Below the pieces are notes generated by a model. It did not search any database, was not told the DNA's origin, and worked only from the letters and a program-made list of their open reading frames with translations. The translations under genes and the position numbers were made by a program. Shown in pieces: positions 57,185 to 64,000 of a stretch of 64,000 nucleotides of DNA. Source of the DNA: an uncultured bacterium (GTDB lineage: Bacteria > Patescibacteriota > Patescibacteriia > SG8-24 > DYFX01); NCBI GenBank assembly GCA_937900255.1, contig CALCDZ010000003.1, forward strand, positions 63,149-127,148, in the 5' to 3' direction. The first letter of the stretch is position 1. Each line of letters starts with the position of its first letter.

Positions 57185-57694
57185 ATGGTGGAAGAAAAGC
57201 GCCCTGAAGCGGCCGGAAACCCGTACGGGGAGGAAATCCACAGCTGGCTCATCGACGAATACGAGCGCCATGAACGCGGGCCGTTGTGGTACGCGATCGC
57301 GTTCATCGTGGGGGTGGGGATGGTGTTATATGCCATGATCACCCAGAACTTCCTTTTCGCGATCATCGTCATCATGGGCGGGATCATCGTCGGGCTCTCC
57401 TCCATGCGTGAGCCGAGGAGGCTGCTGTTCCAGATGACCTCGCGCGGGGTCCTGGTCGGCGACGAGTTCGTCCCGTACAAGAATCTGAAGAGCTTCTGGA
57501 TCCTGTACGATCCTCCGCACACGAAATGCCTTTACCTTGATTTCCGGAATTCCATCACGCCGCATATCAGGGTGGCGCTTGAGGACCAGGATCCGCTCAA
57601 GGTGCGTTCCGCCCTGCTGGAGTTCCTGCACGAGGAATCGTCCCGGGAAGGGGAGCCGATTTCCGAACTGCTCGGCCGCGTCCTGAAGCTCTGA
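57185..57694 (+). CDS. Membrane protein (2 TM plus PH-like C-terminal domain)
   Basis: W..EYERHERGPLWY, 2 TM, VPYKNLKSFWI; TGCTATACT 8 nt upstream of ATG. Confidence 0.75.
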   Translation: MVEEKRPEAAGNPYGEEIHSWLIDEYERHERGPLWYAIAFIVGVGMVLYAMITQNFLFAIIVIMGGIIVGLSSMREPRRLLFQMTSRGVLVGDEFVPYKNLKSFWILYDPPHTKCLYLDFRNSITPHIRVALEDQDPLKVRSALLEFLHEESSREGEPISELLGRVLKL

Positions 57695-57703
57695 AGTCCG
57701 CAA

Positions 57704-57735
57704 ACGAAAATCCCGGCGTGACCGGGATTTTTCGT
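57704..57735. terminator. Bidirectional terminator
   Basis: AAAATCCCGG-CGTGA-CCGGGATTTT. Confidence 0.75.
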
Positions 57736-57736
57736 A

Positions 57737-57813
57737 TGGTGAGCCCAGAACGATTCGAACGTTCGACCTCAACCTCCGCAGGGTTGCGCTCTATCCAGCT
57801 GAGCTATGGGCTC
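57737..57813 (-). tRNA. tRNA-Arg(GCG)
   Basis: Reverse complement GAGCCCATAGCTCAGCTGGATAGAGCG-CAACC-CTGCGGA-GGTTG...CGTTCGAATCG...TGGGCTCACCA. Confidence 0.94.
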
Positions 57814-57880
57814 GCTCAGGTACCCGGCCAGACTACCGCATGGGCCACGGTCTGTCAATGCCTGCTATACTGTCGTCCGT

Positions 57881-59908
57881 ATGCAGGTTTCCCCGTTTAC
57901 CCCCATCCCGGACCTGGGCCTCGTGGCCGCCAGGGCGGCCAAAAAGCTCCGCGCCATGGGCATCGTCACGGCCGGCGATCTCTTGCGGCAGCTGCCCTTC
58001 CGCTACGAGGATCTGCGGCAGGCCGCTCCTCTCTCCGGACCTTCGGAAGGGCCGGTGACGGTCCGGGCGCGCATCGACATGATCCGCGCCCGCCGTTCGG
58101 CCAAGCGGAACATGCTGCTGACCGAAGCGACCGTTTCCGACGAGGGCGGGACGGCCAAGGTCGTATGGTTCCGCCAGTCCTATCTCGCGAAGACGCTGAA
58201 ACCCGGAGACCGGGTCCTGCTTTCCGGCAAGATCGAATCGACGCCTTGGGGGCTTGAGATGGTGAATCCCGGCTATGAGAAGGAGGGCGCGGCGGCGCCG
58301 GTCCACACCGGACGCCTGGTCCCGGTCTATTCGGTCTCCGGCGACCTGACCACCAAGCAACTCCGGGCCGTCCTGCACGCGGCCTTGCCGGCCGCCGATC
58401 TGGTCGACGAGTCGCTGCCGCCGTCCCTCTTGGCGGAACACGGCCTGATGCGGATCGGCGATGCGCTCAGGGCCATCCACTTCCCGGAGTCGATGGAGGC
58501 GGCCGAAGCCGCCGACCGCCGCTTCCGCTTCGAGGAACTCTTCCTCTTCCAGCTGCGCGGGGCGTGGGCCCGGCGGACGCTGGAACGGAAGCGGGCGCCG
58601 GCCATCCCGTTCGACGAGGCCGCGACGCGCGCCTTCGTGGCGTCGCTGCCCTTCGCGCTGACGGGGGACCAGAAGCGCGTCGCGTGGCGCATCCTTCAGG
58701 ATCTTGGCGTCGGGCGCCCGATGCAGCGTCTGGTGGAAGGCGATGTCGGCAGCGGCAAGACCGTGGTGGCGGCCCTCGCCATGCATGCCTGCGCGCTCGT
58801 GGGCTACAAGAGCCTGCTCATGGCCCCGACCGAAATCCTGGCCGAACAGCATCACGCGACCGTCTCGAAACTCCTCGCCGGGACGCCTTTCCGCGCCGCC
58901 CTCCGCACCGCTTCGCGCAAGGACGACCATGAAGGCGCCGCCATCGTGGTCGGCACGCACGCCCTGCTGTCCAAGGGGTTCGCGCCCAAGCACGTGGCGC
59001 TCGTGGTCGTCGACGAGCAGCATCGGTTCGGGGTCGGCCAGCGCCAGGAACTGCTCGGACGCCTGCCGAAGACGGCGTCCGGTGAGGTGCCGCACTTCCT
59101 TTCCATGACCGCCACGCCCATCCCGCGTTCGCTCGCCTTGGCGCTCTACGGCGACGTCGATTTCTCCGCGCTCCGCGAGATGCCGGCCGGGCGCCGTCCG
59201 GTCGAGACCATGCTGGTGGGGGAGGGCGGACGCAAGGCGATGCTCATGCATGTCCGTGCCGAGGCCGACGCCGGACGCAAGATCTTCGTGGTCTGCCCTC
59301 TCATCGAGGCCTCCGACGCCCTCGGCGTGAAGTCGGCGGAAGAGGAAGTGGAGCGCTTGCGCGCCGAGCTCCCGGAGCTCGAGATCGGCCTCCTGCACGG
59401 CAAGATGAAGGCGGACGCGAAGCGCGAGACGATGGAACGGTTCGCCAAGGGCCCGCTCTCGATGCTGGTCTCGACCACCGTGATCGAGGTCGGCGTGGAC
59501 GTGCCGCTCGCCACCGTCATGGTCATCGAAGCGGCCGAACGCTTCGGCTTGGCCCAGCTGCATCAGCTGCGCGGCCGGGTGGGGCGTTCCTCTTTGCCGT
59601 CGCGCTGCTATCTGGCGCCTTCGCACGGAGCGCCCCATGTCATGGAGCGCCTGCAAGGCTTCATCCGCGCCAAGGATTGCTTCGAGCTTTCCGAACTCGA
59701 CTTGCGTTTCCGAGGCCCCGGCAGCCTGTTCGGCGAAGACCAATCCGGTTTCGCCGACCTCCAGCGCTTCCGCCCGGGCGATACCGCGCTCATCGAGGAG
59801 ACGAAGCGCACGGTCCAGGCCTTGATGGCGGAGGATCCCGACCTCGAGGCTCATCAGGCTCTCAAAAAGAAAATCTCGGCCGAAGCCGAGAGCGTGCATT
59901 TGGAGTAG
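57881..59908 (+). CDS. recG: ATP-dependent DNA helicase RecG
   Basis: PFRYED, RFEELF, GDVGSGKT, MAPTEILAEQH, DEQHRFG, TATPIPR, LHQLRGRVGR. Confidence 0.96.
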   Translation: MQVSPFTPIPDLGLVAARAAKKLRAMGIVTAGDLLRQLPFRYEDLRQAAPLSGPSEGPVTVRARIDMIRARRSAKRNMLLTEATVSDEGGTAKVVWFRQSYLAKTLKPGDRVLLSGKIESTPWGLEMVNPGYEKEGAAAPVHTGRLVPVYSVSGDLTTKQLRAVLHAALPAADLVDESLPPSLLAEHGLMRIGDALRAIHFPESMEAAEAADRRFRFEELFLFQLRGAWARRTLERKRAPAIPFDEAATRAFVASLPFALTGDQKRVAWRILQDLGVGRPMQRLVEGDVGSGKTVVAALAMHACALVGYKSLLMAPTEILAEQHHATVSKLLAGTPFRAALRTASRKDDHEGAAIVVGTHALLSKGFAPKHVALVVVDEQHRFGVGQRQELLGRLPKTASGEVPHFLSMTATPIPRSLALALYGDVDFSALREMPAGRRPVETMLVGEGGRKAMLMHVRAEADAGRKIFVVCPLIEASDALGVKSAEEEVERLRAELPELEIGLLHGKMKADAKRETMERFAKGPLSMLVSTTVIEVGVDVPLATVMVIEAAERFGLAQLHQLRGRVGRSSLPSRCYLAPSHGAPHVMERLQGFIRAKDCFELSELDLRFRGPGSLFGEDQSGFADLQRFRPGDTALIEETKRTVQALMAEDPDLEAHQALKKKISAEAESVHLE

Positions 59909-59948
59909 AGACTCAGACGACGCGCACCCTTCAAAAAACCCCCTCCCG

Positions 59949-61256
59949 TCAAGGGAAGAGTTTCTTGATCGCCTCCTTCAGATGCGGCGTGTTCTTCGGG
60001 GTGATGACGTCCGAGAACTTGAGGCGCTTGGCTTCGGTCTCGCGCTTCTCGACGAACGTGACGGGGCGGAGCTCGCCGCCTAGGCCGACTTCGCCGAAGG
60101 CCGCGAGCGAGGGGGGGAGCGGCTTGCCGGAGAGGGCCGAGACGACCGCCAACACCACGGCGGCATCGGCCGCCGGTTCCTTCACCTTGTAACCGCCGGC
60201 CACGTTGATGTGGATGTCGTGCGTCTGGGTCGGCACGCCCAGCCGTTCGGAGAGCACCGCCAGGAGGACTTGGAGACGGTTGGCGTCGAAGCCGGAGGCG
60301 CGCCGCTGCGGGTAGCCGAAGGTGCTGCGCGAAGCCAGGGCCTGGATCTCGACCAGGATCGGTCGGGTGCCTTCCATGATGCAGGTCACGACCGAACCGG
60401 GGACGTCCTTGGAGCGGTCGTTCAGGAAGAAGGACGAAGGGTTGCTGACTTCCTTCAGTCCGCCCGCGCCCATCTCGAAGACGCCGACCTCGTCGGTGGC
60501 GCCGAAGCGGTTCTTGGCGGTACGGAGCAGCCGGTAGTTGGAGGAGCGGTCGCCTTCGAAGGAGATGACGACGTCGACGAGATGCTCCAGCGTCTTCGGA
60601 CCGGCCACGTCGCCGTCCTTGGTGACTTGCCCCACGATCAGCATCGGCACGCCGCTCTTCTTGGCGTAGTCCATGAGCTGCGCCGTCATGGCGCGGATCT
60701 GGGTGGCCCCGCCCTGGGCTCCGCCGTTTTCGGGGGAGGAGAGCGTCTGGATGGAATCGATGATGGCGAGCGACGGCTTCTCCGCTTCGATGGTGGCGAG
60801 CACGGTCGAAAGGTCGGTCTCGGCCAGGAACTTCAAGGTCGGCGCGGCGAGGCCGAGCCGTCCGAAGCGCAGGGCGACCTGATCGGCCGATTCTTCGCCG
60901 GAAGCGTAGAGCACGTTCGGGATGGCGGAGGCGACTTGGAGCAGCAAGGTGGACTTTCCGATGCCGGGCTCGCCGGAGAGCAGCGCCAAGGATCCGGGGA
61001 CCAGCCCGCCGCCGAGCACGCGGTCGAACTCCGCGATGCCGGTCGGTCGGTGGGCGGTCTTGGAACCTTTCAGTTCAGCGAGCGAGAAGGTCTTGCCGGG
61101 GCGTCCCGAGGCGACGGAGGAGGGTTTCCTGGCCTCCGGCACGGAAGCGGCCTCCGCCACCGTGCCCCAGCCGCCGCATTCCAAACAACGCCCGCTCCAC
61201 TTGGTGGATTGGGCGTCGCATTTGGAGCAGATGAAGACGGCTTTGGCGGCGGTCAT
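59949..61256 (-). CDS. radA: DNA repair protein RadA/Sms
   Basis: CSKC...CLEC zinc finger, GEPGIGKST, DSIQT, KNRFG, GEVGLGGE. Confidence 0.96.
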   Translation of the reverse strand: MTAAKAVFICSKCDAQSTKWSGRCLECGGWGTVAEAASVPEARKPSSVASGRPGKTFSLAELKGSKTAHRPTGIAEFDRVLGGGLVPGSLALLSGEPGIGKSTLLLQVASAIPNVLYASGEESADQVALRFGRLGLAAPTLKFLAETDLSTVLATIEAEKPSLAIIDSIQTLSSPENGGAQGGATQIRAMTAQLMDYAKKSGVPMLIVGQVTKDGDVAGPKTLEHLVDVVISFEGDRSSNYRLLRTAKNRFGATDEVGVFEMGAGGLKEVSNPSSFFLNDRSKDVPGSVVTCIMEGTRPILVEIQALASRSTFGYPQRRASGFDANRLQVLLAVLSERLGVPTQTHDIHINVAGGYKVKEPAADAAVVLAVVSALSGKPLPPSLAAFGEVGLGGELRPVTFVEKRETEAKRLKFSDVITPKNTPHLKEAIKKLFP

Positions 61257-61298
61257 GCGGGGAGCGTATCAAGCATGAGGGCGAACGTGTCAATGGGC

Positions 61299-62585
61299 TC
61301 AGCAACCGTGATTCTCGTTGTTGGAATTGCAGCTGTAGGAAGTGGGGAACATGTGGGCATCGCATTCGCCCATGACGCAATAGCAGTTGTTCCAACCGGC
61401 CCAGTTGAAATGCCAGACTTCATAGTTCAATCGGTGCGCTCCGACAGTCGGATTGGTAAGCATCTGTACGAGCAAGCGATTACCGTTTCCTTTGCTGCTG
61501 CAAGATTGGTCTCCGGGGCCGCCACTCAAGATCACGCCGTTTTGCGTCAACGCCAGGTCACAGGCATAGCCTGCAGAATGCGGGTTCGCGCCAGGCCAGG
61601 TCGATCCGGAAGCGACCGGATCGTTGCCGGAAGGCCGCATCATGATCGCGCACTGCGCTCCGAAATCGGCCCGATAGTCGCGCCAGCAGGAATTGACCCG
61701 TATCTGGTATCTCTGCCCGCTGTAGTTATCGTCGATGTATTTTTCCGCCCGTTGGAGGCCGTCGATGACGAGTTGGGTCGCTTTGACGTTCCCTCCTGCG
61801 ACGATGCCGTGGATGCCCGCCCAGGCGATCGGCTTGAGATCGGGCGAATCCGGCGGAAGGATATCGTGCGTACGTTCGATCGGGAAGCCGTCCGTGTTGC
61901 AGTTATTGTTCCATGGGCGAGGCACGGCTGTCCACGCGTTGTTGCTGCCGGGACACGTGCCAGCTCTTTGTTCGGCGGCGGTGCAGTAGACCGTCGTGCA
62001 GCCCGCCGCCCTGCAGTACGGTAGGCAGGTATCGACGCTGTTGCAGACCGCCGTGTGCGCGCCTGTGTCGGCGACCGGTGCAGGCACGGAAGGTGTCCCA
62101 GGCGTCGGTGTCGCCGTGCCGCCGCCCAGCTCGGTGATGTCTCCATAGGTCACGGTCGGCACCCCGGCGAGCTGGAGCGAACTGAAGGTCACCAGGTTCG
62201 GGTTGATGACGTAGAGCAGGAGGTAGGAACCGAACGCCAGCGCCATGCCGGTGAGCGCGTTGATGATGCGCTTCTTGCCGGCCTCGATCTTGGACTTCTC
62301 TCCGGCCGAAGTCAGATATTCGAAACCGCCGACGATCATCATGACGGCGGCGACCAGGCCGACGATCCCGATCATGAAATTGTAGATGCCGCTGATGTAC
62401 TGGCCGAGGAAGGGGATCGAGACGCCTCCGCCCTGGGTGACCGCCGAAGTCAGGTTGACGTTCGGGATCGGGATCTCGAGCTTCGGCGCGGTCAGGGTGA
62501 CCGGCTGCTGGGCCGATGCCGTGAACGGTGCCAGCGCGAGGAGGGCCGTCAGCGCCACGCGCAGCCGCTCATTTCGATGCGGCAT
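61299..62585 (-). CDS. VirB2/TrbC-like pilin fused to a Cys-rich M15 (D-Ala-D-Ala/L-Ala-D-Glu-type) Zn peptidase domain
   Basis: Signal peptide ASA; YISGIYNFMIGIVGLVAAVMMIVGGFEYLTSAG...GKKRIINALTGM..YVINPNL; SCWR, NPHSAGYACD, EVWHF; alternative start 62609. Confidence 0.78.
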   Translation of the reverse strand: MPHRNERLRVALTALLALAPFTASAQQPVTLTAPKLEIPIPNVNLTSAVTQGGGVSIPFLGQYISGIYNFMIGIVGLVAAVMMIVGGFEYLTSAGEKSKIEAGKKRIINALTGMALAFGSYLLLYVINPNLVTFSSLQLAGVPTVTYGDITELGGGTATPTPGTPSVPAPVADTGAHTAVCNSVDTCLPYCRAAGCTTVYCTAAEQRAGTCPGSNNAWTAVPRPWNNNCNTDGFPIERTHDILPPDSPDLKPIAWAGIHGIVAGGNVKATQLVIDGLQRAEKYIDDNYSGQRYQIRVNSCWRDYRADFGAQCAIMMRPSGNDPVASGSTWPGANPHSAGYACDLALTQNGVILSGGPGDQSCSSKGNGNRLLVQMLTNPTVGAHRLNYEVWHFNWAGWNNCYCVMGECDAHMFPTSYSCNSNNENHGC

Positions 62586-63225
62586 CGACCGCTTGGACGA
62601 GTTCGTCATACGTCATTTCGCCTTCGTGGCGCTTACCGTTGATGAAGAAGGTCGGGAGGCTCTGGATGCCGAGTGCCTGGCCCTCCTCGACCGTGCGGTC
62701 GACGAGCGGCTTGGTATCATGCTTGACGAGGCAGTCCGTGAAGGCGCCGACTTCGAGGGAAAGGTCGCTGGCCGCGAGCGAAAGGGCGGTATCGTCATAG
62801 GTCGCCTGGCGTTCGAGCAGTTGGCGGTGGTACTTCCAGAAGGCGCCCTGCTTGTCGGCGCACATGGCCGCCTCGGCGGCATGTTCCGCACCGGCATGCA
62901 GCGGGCTCGGGTCGTGTTTCCAGACGAACCGGATGTCGTTCGGCCGCTGCGAGAGCAGCTTGTCGACGGCCAGCCCGGTGTCGCGGCAGAAGGGGCAGAG
63001 ATAGTCGCCGAACTCCACGATGACGACTTTGGCGTCCTTCGGACCGATGGATGGGTCCACGAAGGAAACCTGCGGCGCCTCCAAGTGGCGGGCGGGGGCC
63101 GTCTTGCCGGCGTCGTCCCGCGTCGTTGGGCCTTGGGTCGTCCGGATGATCTTCCAATAGAAGGCCAGCACTCCGAAACCGAGAAGGAGCGTGACGATGA
63201 TGAAGAGCGCGCGTTTCCAGGCCAT
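62569..63225 (-). CDS. DsbA-like thiol:disulfide oxidoreductase (thioredoxin fold)
   Basis: N-terminal TM; IVEFGDYLCPFC, LGIQSLPTFFING. Confidence 0.9.
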   Translation of the reverse strand: MAWKRALFIIVTLLLGFGVLAFYWKIIRTTQGPTTRDDAGKTAPARHLEAPQVSFVDPSIGPKDAKVVIVEFGDYLCPFCRDTGLAVDKLLSQRPNDIRFVWKHDPSPLHAGAEHAAEAAMCADKQGAFWKYHRQLLERQATYDDTALSLAASDLSLEVGAFTDCLVKHDTKPLVDRTVEEGQALGIQSLPTFFINGKRHEGEMTYDELVQAVDAASK

Positions 63226-63226
63226 A

Positions 63227-64000
63227 TCAGCGGAGGCGCATCTGGCGAAGGTTGCCGCCTGCGTCCGTGAAGTACAAGGAAGAACCGTCGGCGGCGACGG
63301 TCAGGTCGCCGATGGTCATGTCCGTTTCCGGACGTCCGACGATCCGTGAAGAGCCGCTCTTGAGGTCGATGCGCTCGATGTGGTCCGGCGTGGAGGCGGC
63401 GATGTCGCGCTGGAGCCCCGCGCCTCCAGGCAGGCTGTCCGGCACGGCGCAGTAGACCGTCGCGGCGTCGGCGAACGCGCACTTGTCGGCCCAGGTATGG
63501 ACGCCGAGATTAACGCGCCCGGAACCGACCGCGTCGCCGTTCGCGCCCACGAACCAGAGCGTCGGGAGGTAGCCGTCGCGCTGCGATGCGGCGCTGTAAA
63601 GGATGTGGACGTCATCGGGAGACCACAGCGGAGTGAAGCCGAATCCTTCGATCCGCAGGGCCTTGTAGTTTTCGCCGTTCTGCCCAATCGGCAGGAGGTC
63701 GCGCGTGTCGAAGCCGACCGGCTGCGCGGTGTCGGAAAACGCCACGACCGCGTTGTCCGGAGAGACGCTGACGGTCACCTTGTCGCCGTTCTCTCCGAGC
63801 GGTTCGAGGAGCTTCGTGCCGGAACCGTCTGCCGCCATCGAGACCAGCCAGCGGTTGTCGGGATCGAGCGCTTCCGATTTGGCGATGACGGCCGAACCGT
63901 CGCCGTTGAAGGTCGGGTCGGTCCAATGGCTCGGAACCGTCAGCTGCCTCTGCCGGGTGAAATCGTAAAGGACCTTCGAAGCGTCCGGAAACGTGATCAC
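63227..64000 (-). CDS. TolB-like beta-propeller protein (5' end outside window)
   Basis: Repeated FNGDGS/VSPDN/WSPDD/AADGS blades; TWADKCAF, YCAVP. Confidence 0.75.
   Translation of the reverse strand: MITFPDASKVLYDFTRQRQLTVPSHWTDPTFNGDGSAVIAKSEALDPDNRWLVSMAADGSGTKLLEPLGENGDKVTVSVSPDNAVVAFSDTAQPVGFDTRDLLPIGQNGENYKALRIEGFGFTPLWSPDDVHILYSAASQRDGYLPTLWFVGANGDAVGSGRVNLGVHTWADKCAFADAATVYCAVPDSLPGGAGLQRDIAASTPDHIERIDLKSGSSRIVGRPETDMTIGDLTVAADGSSLYFTDAGGNLRQMRLR

Noticed and set aside
57833-59899. 688-aa minus-strand ORF over recG (likewise 6131..8020 over argS, 48480..49838 over virB4, and plus-strand 60210..62024 over radA)
   Set aside because: Shadow ORFs fully overlapping well-supported genes on the opposite strand.

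Overview
High-GC bacterial chromosomal window with dense, mostly plus-strand coding. Gene content and style suggest Patescibacteria/CPR, most likely the ABY1 group such as Ca. Uhrbacteria. This is an inference from the PrgI/VirB4/VirB6 locus, a pilin fusion, an LMGAGC lipobox, a CPR-type surface repeat and sparse Shine-Dalgarno (SD) use. Housekeeping genes: valS (5'-truncated), tyrS, argS, nusA, yidC, groES-groEL with a sigma70 promoter and CIRCE operator, prfB with a programmed +1 frameshift, tsaC, rsmA, recG, radA. There are five tRNAs: Leu-GAG, Val-TAC, Ser-TGA, Ser-GCT and an uncommon Arg-GCG. Most interesting elements: (1) an ~18 kb type IV secretion (T4SS)-like locus built around a 2999-aa Cys-rich secreted protein with three CBM-like domains, followed by comF; (2) an ornithine decarboxylase + GNAT-fold enzyme + 7TM histidine kinase trio that may be a signal synthase/receptor module; (3) a VirB2-like pilin fused to a Zn M15 peptidase, encoded downstream of DsbA; (4) myxobacteria-like lipoproteins, one CHAP-like; (5) a probable NusA autoregulatory attenuator and many short-leader/leaderless promoters. 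No CRISPR array, rRNA, integrase or transposase was seen. All family assignments come from motif recognition by eye; no database searches were run.
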